Of a DNA stretch of 64,000 nt, positions 30,787 through 41,052 are shown piece after piece. The DNA is taken from the IMG/VR virus record IMGVR_UViG_3300032317_000216, positions 64,641 through 128,640 of that record. One strand, 5' to 3'. The position numbers and the translations under genes were made by a program. Below the pieces are notes generated by a model, which was not told where the DNA came from, did no database searches, and was given only the letters and a program-made list of their open reading frames with translations. Numbering within the stretch: the first letter of the stretch is position 1; every line of letters begins with the position of its first letter. Origin of the DNA: a virus. Its lineage: Duplodnaviria > Caudoviricetes.

Positions 30787-31742
30787 AATCTTACTCCGTA
30801 ATTCACTTTATTTAAATTCAACGAACCAAGATTGCAACCACCTGCATAACTAATTGCGCTTTGCAGATCTTGTTTTATTTCTTGAAGTTTTTCTTGATAC
30901 GTAAAGGTGTCGGTATCCATGAGCTTCATTGTACCTTCAATATTTTTCTTTTCAATTTTATTGTGCATACTAGCAGATCCAAAGTATTGCTTGAACCGTC
31001 TTCCGCTTGCATCCTTAACAAGAGGTGCAGGGCTATCAGAACATGCAGCAAATATGGACCCACACATTACCATACTGGCTCCTGCGACAAGTGCTTTGGC
31101 GATATCACCATTACTGCGCACACCCCCATCTGCAATAATAGGAATATTTTTATCTTTTGCACACTCCATCACACAACTAAACATGGGATAAGTAAACCCT
31201 GTTTTGTCTTTTGTGGTGCAAGCATACCCACCACCAATACCAACCTTTATAGCATCAGCTCCAGCATCATGCAAATATTCTACACCTTGAAACGATGCAA
31301 CATTACCAGCAATAATTTTAGCAGACGGCAGTACATGTTTAATATGCTTAATCTGTTCTGCTACTTTTAGATGATGACCATGCGCAACATCTATTGTAAT
31401 AAAATCGATTTTCATCATACTTTGCCCAATAGCTGTTAATATATCTCTATCTTTTTGCTGTATACCAATGCTTATAGATACAACATTAAATTTACGCGAA
31501 TTTGCATACCGCACAAAACTTTGTATGTCATTATCAAAGCGGTGCATAACATAAAAATAACCGTGTTTATCCAAAAGCTCGCATGTGTTCTCATCAATAC
31601 AACACTTCATATTAGCAGGTAGAACTGGCAGCTTAAAATCATGTCCACAGAATAATACGTTTGTATCAATCTCTGCTCTTGACTTTATTGTGTTAAAATT
31701 AGGCTTGAGAAATACATTCTCATAATGTAGAGATATATACAT
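30783..31742 (-). CDS. guaC: GMP reductase
   Basis: PANMKC, MHRF, IDVAHGH, KVGIGGGYACTT, IIADGG and LQSAISYAGG motifs. Confidence 0.92.
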   Translation of the reverse strand: MYISLHYENVFLKPNFNTIKSRAEIDTNVLFCGHDFKLPVLPANMKCCIDENTCELLDKHGYFYVMHRFDNDIQSFVRYANSRKFNVVSISIGIQQKDRDILTAIGQSMMKIDFITIDVAHGHHLKVAEQIKHIKHVLPSAKIIAGNVASFQGVEYLHDAGADAIKVGIGGGYACTTKDKTGFTYPMFSCVMECAKDKNIPIIADGGVRSNGDIAKALVAGASMVMCGSIFAACSDSPAPLVKDASGRRFKQYFGSASMHNKIEKKNIEGTMKLMDTDTFTYQEKLQEIKQDLQSAISYAGGCNLGSLNLNKVNYGVRL

Positions 31743-31743
31743 T

Positions 31744-32316
31744 TTAACGTTCTAAAATTTTAAATGCTGTGAAGAAGCTTTTCCAGAGATCTAAGGCAGT
31801 ATCGCGTAGTGCACCATATACACCATCCAGAGTCATGCCCTCAATGCTTACTCCTTGACTCATCAATATCTCTCCCTCATCTACACCCGGTGTAACTCTG
31901 TGTATGACACAGCCTGCGAGCTTATAGCCTTCTGTAAAAGCTCTCTCTTGAGGGTTATATCCTTTGAGCGAAGGAAATTTATCTATGAGCCCAGGATGCA
32001 GGTTATATATTTCATATTGTTCACAAATTTCTTTTGGAATTATTCTTAGATACCCATGCAGTGTAACTATAGGATTATCATACTTGGATAAAACATTTTC
32101 ATAATCCTCTAATCTGGGCTTAGGTGGAATATGACACCAGCAATGCGTCATATTAAGCTTTGTTGCTCTAAATGTTGTCAGTTCAATTAGCTTTTTGTTT
32201 ACTCCATCTGTATTATGTTTATTAAGAATTACACAATCAGGATATACTCCTAGCGCATTACTAAGATCATATATCTCAGTACCAGTTTGTGAAAAGAATG
32301 CTACCCAGGGTCTCAT
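31744..32316 (-). CDS. PurN-like formyltransferase (probable DpdN, preQ1 formylation)
   Basis: FFSQTG, LHGYLRI, NLHPG and HRVTPGVDEG motifs; lies between a TGT-like gene and queF. Confidence 0.82.
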   Translation of the reverse strand: MRPWVAFFSQTGTEIYDLSNALGVYPDCVILNKHNTDGVNKKLIELTTFRATKLNMTHCWCHIPPKPRLEDYENVLSKYDNPIVTLHGYLRIIPKEICEQYEIYNLHPGLIDKFPSLKGYNPQERAFTEGYKLAGCVIHRVTPGVDEGEILMSQGVSIEGMTLDGVYGALRDTALDLWKSFFTAFKILER

Positions 32317-33143
32317 CTACGAATAATTTTTTTAAACATTTTAGTATTATACTCTACCAGATCAAGCTGCTCAGGCGTAAAGTTATGCTCAATAAGATCA
32401 GCTAGCTTGGTTGATGGTTTGGTCTGCAAACCGTAATCAGCATCATACTTCAATCCATGAATAGCAGCAACAATGGGGTTGCTAGTATCACAACTAACGA
32501 TATTCCAAATATTTCTATCCACATAATATCTAAATTCCTTTGCTAAAGAGCATCCAAGCAAATGATGAGGTTTGCTCCAATTCCATACACCAGTATTTAT
32601 GAGATCATTAATAAAGCGCTGACGACCAGAGCACCATTTCTCAAGATGTGTTGTGCCTTCACCTGTGATCTGATAATAGCTGAAATCAAAACTAATTGCA
32701 ATCATATCGGCATTATCTGACATAAACTTGTAACATTCCTTGAGTTCATGCCAATTCTTCCCCTGCACAGCTCCTATAGCCTTTGTAGCACATGCATCTT
32801 TGACTGCATCTATTTTATCATCTTGCCATACCCTAAAGCTCGCTACTGTAGCCAGACTATCCTCCAGTACATCTGGTACAATGAACATGTTTGGCTGCAG
32901 ATCAATAGCTGCTTCTAGAAATTTATCTGAATCAAATGCTTTGCCTAATTCAAAGATGGAGTTATCTAAAAGCACTTCTCTATTATAGACATGCCTTGAA
33001 TTTTTATAAAATTTATAATATTCAGGATATTTATCAAACAAATGCACTAGTGCATAGTCAAAGTCATTATAGTTAAAGTCTTTAAATCTCAGTGTATCAC
33101 CAAGAAGCGATATAGGCGTTTCATGTGATACTTTCATTAGCAT
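32313..33143 (-). CDS. TGT-fold 7-deazaguanine transglycosylase (DpdA3-like)
   Basis: LLDNSIFE, VPDV, GAVQG, HHLLG and SCDTS motifs of the TGT barrel; clustered with queF. Confidence 0.75.
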   Translation of the reverse strand: MLMKVSHETPISLLGDTLRFKDFNYNDFDYALVHLFDKYPEYYKFYKNSRHVYNREVLLDNSIFELGKAFDSDKFLEAAIDLQPNMFIVPDVLEDSLATVASFRVWQDDKIDAVKDACATKAIGAVQGKNWHELKECYKFMSDNADMIAISFDFSYYQITGEGTTHLEKWCSGRQRFINDLINTGVWNWSKPHHLLGCSLAKEFRYYVDRNIWNIVSCDTSNPIVAAIHGLKYDADYGLQTKPSTKLADLIEHNFTPEQLDLVEYNTKMFKKIIRR

Positions 33144-33178
33144 ATATAAATTATACTATTAAATAATATTAATTCAAC

Positions 33179-36100
33179 ATGAAAGAATCCAGTTATTATG
33201 GAAACTACTTGGGCATTGTTATACAAAACAATGATCCTTTAAAAAGAGGCCGGGTAAAAGTTTTTGTACCGCATGTTTCACCTTCCATATATTCTGGTTG
33301 GAATGAAATAAAAAGAGACAAGAGATTTAAGTTTGTAGGCAAAAACCTTAACTCTGATCTAACAGATATTTTGGATGATTTAAAGAAGATAATGCCTTGG
33401 GCAGAATGTGCCAGTCCTCTTGTGGGTGAGAACACAAGCGGTCGATTCAATGCATCTATAGCAGCAGGCAGCATTAGCGACACTTCAAAAAAATCTAAAT
33501 TTTTGTCTAACACAGCTAATACCAATATAAACCAATCAACACTTACAAAATATTCTCAGAATTATGATGACATCGGTGAGAAGTCTGGTAATGTGTTTGA
33601 TATAAACTATTTTAAATTAAAAGACGCATTTAATAACCCTGATGAAACAAATGTAAATAATGTAAACAAATTTAGCTATAATTATACACCTGATATTTAC
33701 AGTAATAGTGCCAAAGGATCATTCTCAATACCTTGTGTGGGCGCACATCTGTGGGTATTTTTTGTTGCAGGTGATCCACTTAGACCAGTTTATTTTGCAT
33801 CTTCTTTTGGTGAATCAGATTGGAGCAGCATATACAGTGCAGGGTCTGCAGTAAACGCAGATGGCAGCGCAACACGCTCTGATTTAGGGGTAGACTACCC
33901 TGGCGACTTTGAAAATAAACGCTCCACTGAGCCAACCCCACCATTAGATGCAGAGACATATAGGAACAAATATATTATAAATCAAAAAGGTGGCACATTG
34001 GCTTTTATTAATACTGACAATAAAGAAGCAGTCAAATTGTCTCATTATTCAGGATCCTTTAAAGAACTCAACAATTTCACAAATATTGAACTTGCAACTA
34101 AGAGTGATCAAAAACTAGTATTGGAAGATTTGTTTCTCACAGTGCAGGGAGATAGAAATGAATACACAGGTCGCGACTATGACTTGAACACTGTAGGTAA
34201 TTTTTATAAAAAAATAGGCAAAATAGATAGCACTCTTGCCTCACAGTGGAAGGGAATAGTAAGAGAATTAGCTGATATTAAGCAATTATTTGAAACCAAA
34301 AGAGCAGATAGATTTAAAAATAATTTGCTTAAATTCTCATCCACAAAACAAAATAAAGTAGGCACTCCAGTAGCATGCCCTGTTTGCAGAGGAAGCGCAG
34401 ATACATATTTTATATATAATATCTCTTATAATGACTCATTTAATAATATTATTAAAACGTCTTTCAGTGATGCAGGTGGTGACTATGCATATGGTCAAAC
34501 AAATCTTTTTGATAAGTCATTAAAATATGTAGGTGTCGCAGGTACACCTGTTAATACACAACCAGTTACTCAACTAGGCGGAGCTGTAGATGGTAGTAAT
34601 TTCAACTCAACCCCAGGCAGTTTTATGGGGCGAACGCCTTGCCCGGCATGTGGTGGCAGAGGAACTTCACCATCGTCACAAGACGGCAACTGGAGTAAAG
34701 AGACAAAAGAAGAGCTTATAAATCAATTTTTCAACAGTAATATTGCACAACTATCCGAAATAGAAAAACAATTAGGATTAGGGGGCAACGAAATTATAGA
34801 AATATCAAAACATAAGTTTGAAACCATTGGTACTATAATGAATGATTTTGGTTCCATACGCATAGATGATAAAGGCAAAATGGAACCTTCAGAAGTTGTT
34901 ATTGCTGAGTACGGTACATTTTTGAACAGAAAACCTACACCTGTGCACGAATATGTGCATGTAACAGATCTTCCCGGAGGCAATTATACACTCAATGTAA
35001 GTAACCGATATAATTTACTTGTAGGTGCTGGTGGTGTTAATATAAAAAGCTTTGGCCCAGTTAATGTCTCTGGCACAATTACCAACATAGCAGGTGAGCA
35101 AGTAAATGTAGGCTCAGAGAATGAAATTAATATAGATGGAGGTAAACGTGTTTCTATCACAGGAGATGTTGTATCAATACGCCAAAGAGACAAGCGTCAA
35201 GTATTGATTGATAGCTCTCTGGGTGTATCAAAAAACTCAATTGTCTTAGGGGGTGGTTACTTTGAAGGTGAATTGCACGTGCAGCATGTCACTGCTCCAA
35301 TGGAAATACAAAACACTAACAAGACGCTTTGTTATGGTGCTGCTACAACTGATCCAACTAATAGCAACGGCAAGGTAATTGGGTATGGTATTCCACTTTC
35401 AAACTTCCCCATTAAAAACCCACTAGGGTCTGGCTGGATGCCTAATCCAGTTCCTGGTGTTATTGGCCCTCCTTATATAGGTTATACTGATGCTTTGATG
35501 CCATGTGGAAGATTGCCGCTAGGACTACCTATTGGATTTATTCCTGGAAATATACCCATAGGCTATATTGCCCCGGGAGCATGTGTTGTTGTTGGACCAA
35601 TGGGCACATCTACTAACCCTGGACCCATACCAGTACTAGCATCTCAACTTGGTGCACCAGCTCCTGGACCAGGAGCAGGAGATGTAAAGGTATTTGCATC
35701 TAGTACTGGGAATACGCTTGGTTTTGATACAACAGTTTTTGGATCTGGCTTTGGTTCTTTTCTAGCAACAGGTCCTGTGGGCGGCACAGGAATACCTGGT
35801 GTAGGTTGTGTTAAGGGATCTGATGCAGGGCTTGTTCCTGGCTTAGGTGGTGTTGCAGCAGTTGCAATGCCACTTGCAATATATGGCTCAGGCAGAGATG
35901 ATGATAGTATCATGATACCAGAGCATAGTCATATGTTTGCAAATTTACCGCTTACTCTCAAGCAAACTAACAAACAAGTAAGAGAACAAGCTATTAGTAC
36001 ACTGCAAAGCTACAGAGACAGCAATGGGGACAATAATGGCGTGGGTGGCGAGCCGGCATTTGCAAGCCCAGTGGTCAATTCATCAAAGCAATCAATTTAA
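33179..36100 (+). CDS. baseplate hub/central spike (gp5/VgrG-like OB fold), 973 aa
   Basis: GIVIQNNDPLKRGRVKV, PWA, IPCVGAHLWVFFVAGDPLRPVY and HYSGSF motifs; C-terminal HSH. Confidence 0.82.
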   Translation: MKESSYYGNYLGIVIQNNDPLKRGRVKVFVPHVSPSIYSGWNEIKRDKRFKFVGKNLNSDLTDILDDLKKIMPWAECASPLVGENTSGRFNASIAAGSISDTSKKSKFLSNTANTNINQSTLTKYSQNYDDIGEKSGNVFDINYFKLKDAFNNPDETNVNNVNKFSYNYTPDIYSNSAKGSFSIPCVGAHLWVFFVAGDPLRPVYFASSFGESDWSSIYSAGSAVNADGSATRSDLGVDYPGDFENKRSTEPTPPLDAETYRNKYIINQKGGTLAFINTDNKEAVKLSHYSGSFKELNNFTNIELATKSDQKLVLEDLFLTVQGDRNEYTGRDYDLNTVGNFYKKIGKIDSTLASQWKGIVRELADIKQLFETKRADRFKNNLLKFSSTKQNKVGTPVACPVCRGSADTYFIYNISYNDSFNNIIKTSFSDAGGDYAYGQTNLFDKSLKYVGVAGTPVNTQPVTQLGGAVDGSNFNSTPGSFMGRTPCPACGGRGTSPSSQDGNWSKETKEELINQFFNSNIAQLSEIEKQLGLGGNEIIEISKHKFETIGTIMNDFGSIRIDDKGKMEPSEVVIAEYGTFLNRKPTPVHEYVHVTDLPGGNYTLNVSNRYNLLVGAGGVNIKSFGPVNVSGTITNIAGEQVNVGSENEINIDGGKRVSITGDVVSIRQRDKRQVLIDSSLGVSKNSIVLGGGYFEGELHVQHVTAPMEIQNTNKTLCYGAATTDPTNSNGKVIGYGIPLSNFPIKNPLGSGWMPNPVPGVIGPPYIGYTDALMPCGRLPLGLPIGFIPGNIPIGYIAPGACVVVGPMGTSTNPGPIPVLASQLGAPAPGPGAGDVKVFASSTGNTLGFDTTVFGSGFGSFLATGPVGGTGIPGVGCVKGSDAGLVPGLGGVAAVAMPLAIYGSGRDDDSIMIPEHSHMFANLPLTLKQTNKQVREQAISTLQSYRDSNGDNNGVGGEPAFASPVVNSSKQSI

Positions 36101-36283
36101 TTTACTAATCCATTTGGGCCGATGATTCATGACCCAATCAATTAAAGCTTTTTCAAACCCTATATCTTTACCAGCTTTCTCGCTCAAAAACCATTTGTTC
36201 TTTAAGATATGCTCTCTCTCTTCTGTGAAACGTTTATACAAATTTGAAGAGGTGACCCCACTCAAAGTGGCAGTTCGTGACAT
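36092..36283 (-). CDS. DUF4032-like small protein
   Basis: EREHILKNKWFLSEKAGKDIGFEKALIDW; TATAAATA upstream. Confidence 0.72.
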   Translation of the reverse strand: MSRTATLSGVTSSNLYKRFTEEREHILKNKWFLSEKAGKDIGFEKALIDWVMNHRPKWISKLN

Positions 36284-36393
36284 ACAAATATTTATAAAAA
36301 ACCAAAACATTTCTTTACACTAGTAACCTTCAAAAAGGTTCCCACCAACCCACCCCTAGTGTAGCTATGTACAACTGCTCCTTCAGAATTTAT

Positions 36394-36624
36394 TTATAGC
36401 TCTTCAGTAACCTTTTTTAAAAGATTTTCTAAGGACGGTAAATGCTCTTCAAAAATTTGTTTTTTTAAATTGTTTAAAATTTTAACAAGAGGCTCTTTGC
36501 GTAAAAGTTTTACACATGGAAAAGAAGGTTCATAGCCACATGGTTGAAATGTTTGCCATACAATGGCATATAAAATGTCTTTTTCTACTTCAGAACAATT
36601 ATCCAAAAACCAACTGGGTATCAT
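36394..36624 (-). CDS. hypothetical protein
   Basis: ATGA overlap with the nrdB stop codon. Confidence 0.55.
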   Translation of the reverse strand: MIPSWFLDNCSEVEKDILYAIVWQTFQPCGYEPSFPCVKLLRKEPLVKILNNLKKQIFEEHLPSLENLLKKVTEEL

Positions 36625-37685
36625 AATTCTATATCATTGAAATCTTTATCAGAAATAGATGTATCACGTGCACCGATCTTATAAGCACTAATCTCTGTCT
36701 CTTGTGGAGCCACCTGCACCTTGCTGCTATCAAGATAACTATCTAGCCAACCTGAAATAGGATTTTCTTTTTGATTAAAAATCTTCTTATAGCCAAGAGA
36801 TCGCAACCTTGTGTCACAGAGCCATTTGGAATAACCTCCAAGCACATCCGCATTAAGACCTAATAAGCTGCCTTTGCTAAACAGATACTGTGCCCACTCC
36901 ATTTCACTCTTGGCAGCATTTTCATACACTTCATAAATTCTGTCTTCACTCTTTTTTACTACAGATGTGAACCCTTCTTTGTCTTCTTCTTTTAATATCT
37001 TTATAAGATTTTGTGTTGTTGCAAAATGTAGTGCTTCATCTCTTTGAATAAATTTTATAATCTTGGCATTGCCTTCCATTTTGCCTCTGTACCCAAAATA
37101 AAACGAGCAAGCAAAACTAACATAAAAAACAAGACCTTCCATACAATTAACTGCCAGAATGCAATTGAAAATACTTTCCTTTGAGCTTCTATCTTTGCTA
37201 GAGTTAAGAATTTTATCAAAATTCTCACGTATGAGCGATGCGCGCTTTACAATTTCTTTATCTTCCATGATGCTGTCGAAAAAAGCTGATGCATCAGGAT
37301 GAACATTGTTGAGAAGATAAGAATAGCTGTAGCTATGAATGCCTTCAAATCTCTGCCAAGTGTTCATGCATATCTCAAGTTCAGGATTCGACACGTGATC
37401 TTTTAAGGAATGTATGGACCTTGAAAGCATGCTGTCGCCAAGAGTTTGAAATTTTAAATTTGTATCAAACACAAACCGCTCTTCATTTGTTAGTTCCTTA
37501 TAATCACCGCGGTCCTTTTGCAAACTTATTTCATGAGGCCACCAGAAAAACTCTTCTTGCTTTTTGAAGAGCTCAAAGAAGACAGGGTACTTAAACTTGT
37601 CGTAACGCTGTAGATTAAGATCTTCACCAAAAAACAACGGTTGTTTGGCAGAATCTATATTTTTTAAATTTAAAACAGATTTCAT
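36621..37685 (-). CDS. nrdB: ribonucleotide reductase class Ia beta subunit
   Basis: FFWWPHEI, EGIHSYSY, EGLVFYVSFACS, RDEALH and VQVAPQETE motifs. Confidence 0.96.
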   Translation of the reverse strand: MKSVLNLKNIDSAKQPLFFGEDLNLQRYDKFKYPVFFELFKKQEEFFWWPHEISLQKDRGDYKELTNEERFVFDTNLKFQTLGDSMLSRSIHSLKDHVSNPELEICMNTWQRFEGIHSYSYSYLLNNVHPDASAFFDSIMEDKEIVKRASLIRENFDKILNSSKDRSSKESIFNCILAVNCMEGLVFYVSFACSFYFGYRGKMEGNAKIIKFIQRDEALHFATTQNLIKILKEEDKEGFTSVVKKSEDRIYEVYENAAKSEMEWAQYLFSKGSLLGLNADVLGGYSKWLCDTRLRSLGYKKIFNQKENPISGWLDSYLDSSKVQVAPQETEISAYKIGARDTSISDKDFNDIEL

Positions 37686-38296
37686 TTTGTTTTTAAATGG
37701 GTCTTTTTATTAAGCAAGGTTAAACCATGCCTGAACGGAAGACTTTCATTATGTCTTTCTAATTTAGTATGGACATGAAATGGTGACCATCCACTGTCAA
37801 TGAGTTTATTTACAAGATTACGTTCTGCTAGCTGATGTATGCAACCTTGCTCAGTTGTAATGCCACTAGAAATACCAGGTGGGTGCAGGTTGGTATCGTG
37901 TATAGCTATCACAGTATCATTATTTATTTTATCTGCCAATTGCATTTTGTCAAAAAAAGCTATTTGAGCTGATTCATCATGGCTATCAAAAAAGAGTAAA
38001 TCTATGCTCCATGGAATTTCTGTCACCTCCACGTCCCTAATATTTTTCTGTATAAAGGTAAAATTTGAATAATTTTCACCAAAAGGCTGAGGATCAACAC
38101 TTATAACATGACCACCATCTCCTACAGCTTTGATGAAGTTTTTAGTTGAATACCCAGATTGTGTACCAACTTCAACTACATTTTTTATAATCATGCTCCT
38201 GCACAGAGCAAACAATAAAAGAGCTTCATCATCTTGAATTGGGCCAAGCACCCATTGTTGTGGTCCTTGAGTTAAATGAGACAAGTCGTATTCCAT
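37682..38296 (-). CDS. class I SAM methyltransferase (Methyltransf_24-like)
   Basis: VVEVGTQSGYST, FFDSHD and IHDT motifs. Confidence 0.8.
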   Translation of the reverse strand: MEYDLSHLTQGPQQWVLGPIQDDEALLLFALCRSMIIKNVVEVGTQSGYSTKNFIKAVGDGGHVISVDPQPFGENYSNFTFIQKNIRDVEVTEIPWSIDLLFFDSHDESAQIAFFDKMQLADKINNDTVIAIHDTNLHPPGISSGITTEQGCIHQLAERNLVNKLIDSGWSPFHVHTKLERHNESLPFRHGLTLLNKKTHLKTK

Positions 38297-38304
38297 AGCT
38301 ATAA

Positions 38305-40569
38305 TTACAGTTTACATGCACCGCTTGAGCAATCCAGTTCTTTATTCATGGATTGCTCTTTGTCACCATCATCTGTATTATTGTAATACAACGAAATTAG
38401 TCCCATGCTATAAGCATACATTATCTCTTTCATGACCTTGCTGTCAGGCAATACATTGTTAGGATAATGAATGTAGTTATAATACATGTTGGTAGAAATA
38501 GCCATGTCTAAGTACTTTTGAATAACAGCATTTATATTAATGATATCTGTGTTATTCTCAAAGGAGAAAGCAAGTTGATAGTTGGATTCATATTTACCTA
38601 TGCCTGGCACTAAAACAGGGAGCTTCCCCATTTTAGAGGTTTTATATGTTATTAATGATCTAACTGGTTCAATACCATTAGTAGAGCATTGAATGACAGA
38701 ACTAGATTCACAAGGCATAACACATGACAGTGTTGAGTGTCTCAATCCATGCTCTTTAATTTCTTTTCTTAATGCTTCCCAATCAAGAGAAAACTTTCTC
38801 TTGACGATATCGTCAACTTTTTTCTTGTATGTATCCACAGGCAATATGCCTTTGGCATATTTAGTTTTATCAAACTTATCACAACGGCCTCTCTCTTTAG
38901 AAAGAGCTAAGCTTGATTTGAGCAGATAATATTGAAAATGTTCCATCCATTCATCAACAAGAGCCAGAGCTGATTTATCAGAATACTTCTTTTCATTTCT
39001 GGCTAGAAATGCAGCAAAATTAGTTACGCCTATCCCTAAACTTCTACGCTTCTTAGCAAAGTTAGCTGCGGCTTTATTAAAATATGTTTGAATATCAATA
39101 ATTTCTTCTAAAAATCGAACAACAAGATCGCATGTTTTCTCAAGATCTTTCCAGTCTTTTATTTCAAGCATATTAATAGCGGACAGAATGCACATGCCTA
39201 TTTCTGCTTCTGGGTCATTATAATCATTAAGAGGTATGGTGGGGTGAATTACTTCTGTGCACAAGTTGCTCATGGTAACTTTATCTAGCCATGCACCATG
39301 TTCATTGGCTGTATCAACATTGAGAATATAGATTCTGCCTGTCTCAACACGTTCTTTGACTATTAAACCAAACAATTTTCGTGCTGATATTTTTTTCTTT
39401 TGTTTTATTTTCCTGCTCTCTTCATGTTCTTTATAGATTTTATCAAACTTAGGTGTGCCCCAAGCTTCCCATAATTCAGGCACTTCATGTGGAGAGAAAA
39501 GTGTGATCTGTTCGTCTTTCAACACCCTATCATAGAATAGCTTGGACATGCCCACCGTATAATCAAGTTTTCTCACTCTATTATCATCGGTCCCTGCGTT
39601 GTTCTTGAGAACCACAATATCCTCTATCTCATAATGCCACCACTGGATATTGGTGGTTGCTGAACCACCCCTTAATCCATTTTGCTGCCATGCTTTGACT
39701 GAAGCTTCAAAAATCTTTAAGAACGGAATAACACCTGTGTGTACCACTTCGCCATTGTTGACAGGTGCTCCAATTGCTCTAATTTTGGAAATATCAATAC
39801 CAATGCCACACCTACTGGCAGTGGCAATAGACACAGCTGTGCCTGATGCTGTGATTGATTCTTTATTATCTTCTACTCCTATCAAGCAGCAACTTGCATA
39901 ACTCTTAGAATTGGTACGCACACCTGCCATGATAGGTGTTGGCAGATTAATCTTATGTCTTGATATTGCATTATAAAATCTATGAACATATTCTAGTCTT
40001 GTTTCTTTGGGGTAATTAATAAAAGCATATGCAGCAATAAGAATATAAGCAAACTGAGGTGTCTCGTAAATTACATCTGTGACTCTATTTTTAACCAAGT
40101 ACTTGTCGCACAGTTGTTTAATACCAGCATATGTGAAAAGAAAATCGCGATCATGGTCAATAAATTCACCAATCTTGTTTATTTCATCTTCTGTATATTT
40201 CTCTAAAATTGCTTTATCGTAAATCTCTTTTCTCAACCCAGTGAAGATCACATCAATCAATCTGGGTGCATGCTTACCACCCCACACATCCTTGCGCAAT
40301 TGATAATTGAGAAGACGCCCAGCGACAAATTGATAATTTGGTTTTTCCAAAGAAATTAAGTTTGCAGCTGATTCAATTAACACCTGGTGTATCTCTTTTG
40401 TAGATATATTATCTGCCATGTTCAATTTAGCGTTTATTTCTATCTCTGATAAACTAACTCCAGAAATGCCTTCTGTTGCCCAGCTAATAACTTTATTAAT
40501 TTTTTCTATATTAAATTTTTCTGACTTACCATCACGTTTTTTAACAGAAATCTGCGAACTCATAGCCAT
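38305..40569 (-). CDS. nrdA: ribonucleotide reductase class Ia alpha subunit
   Basis: ATP cone (VKKRDG), PTPIMAG, ASCC, SNLCTE, NGIEP and C-terminal CSSGACKL; uninterrupted. Confidence 0.97.
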   Translation of the reverse strand: MAMSSQISVKKRDGKSEKFNIEKINKVISWATEGISGVSLSEIEINAKLNMADNISTKEIHQVLIESAANLISLEKPNYQFVAGRLLNYQLRKDVWGGKHAPRLIDVIFTGLRKEIYDKAILEKYTEDEINKIGEFIDHDRDFLFTYAGIKQLCDKYLVKNRVTDVIYETPQFAYILIAAYAFINYPKETRLEYVHRFYNAISRHKINLPTPIMAGVRTNSKSYASCCLIGVEDNKESITASGTAVSIATASRCGIGIDISKIRAIGAPVNNGEVVHTGVIPFLKIFEASVKAWQQNGLRGGSATTNIQWWHYEIEDIVVLKNNAGTDDNRVRKLDYTVGMSKLFYDRVLKDEQITLFSPHEVPELWEAWGTPKFDKIYKEHEESRKIKQKKKISARKLFGLIVKERVETGRIYILNVDTANEHGAWLDKVTMSNLCTEVIHPTIPLNDYNDPEAEIGMCILSAINMLEIKDWKDLEKTCDLVVRFLEEIIDIQTYFNKAAANFAKKRRSLGIGVTNFAAFLARNEKKYSDKSALALVDEWMEHFQYYLLKSSLALSKERGRCDKFDKTKYAKGILPVDTYKKKVDDIVKRKFSLDWEALRKEIKEHGLRHSTLSCVMPCESSSVIQCSTNGIEPVRSLITYKTSKMGKLPVLVPGIGKYESNYQLAFSFENNTDIININAVIQKYLDMAISTNMYYNYIHYPNNVLPDSKVMKEIMYAYSMGLISLYYNNTDDGDKEQSMNKELDCSSGACKL

Positions 40570-40655
40570 GAAATAATTTATTCTCCTGAAGGAAGAAAAC
40601 AGGAACTATTTACCAAATTTATCACAAACTGATATTATAGTAGCTCTTTTGTAAA

Positions 40656-41051
40656 TCAATGCAGTCTTTTTAGTATTTCTGACGCAACAACAACAGCTAT
40701 GGATGTGAATGATGCAAGAATTCCTGTAAAAATTGCTGTCTTGTGGCTCCATTTTTTATCAAGCACAGTTTTCTCTTTGCTAAACTCACTATTTATTTGA
40801 TCACTCAAGTTGCTAAATTTTTCTGTAACAACATCTGTAACGTTCTTAAATTTCAATCCCATTTCACTATCTAATGCTAGAAACTTTGCTTCAACTTTTT
40901 CTTCCAATGATTCAACTTGTTCGTTTAATTTGGCTATTTGTGTTACAATGGAAGGTGATCCATTTCCTTGATAAACCGCTTTATATAGTGCATCAACATT
41001 TTTGCGTAAAGTGGCAACAGTGTCACTATTGGATGGTTTGCGCATTTTCAT
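40656..41051 (-). CDS. coiled-coil protein with C-terminal hydrophobic helix
   Basis: VYQGNGSPSIVTQIAKL and C-terminal AIFTGILASFTSIAVVVA. Confidence 0.55.
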   Translation of the reverse strand: MKMRKPSNSDTVATLRKNVDALYKAVYQGNGSPSIVTQIAKLNEQVESLEEKVEAKFLALDSEMGLKFKNVTDVVTEKFSNLSDQINSEFSKEKTVLDKKWSHKTAIFTGILASFTSIAVVVASEILKRLH

Positions 41052-41052
41052 A

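Noticed and set aside
31744-32316. purN as a de novo purine-synthesis auxiliary gene
   Set aside because: Its context between a TGT-like gene and queF favours a DNA-modification formyltransferase.
38305-40569. Intron or intein in nrdA/nrdB
   Set aside because: Both ORFs are continuous and of normal length.
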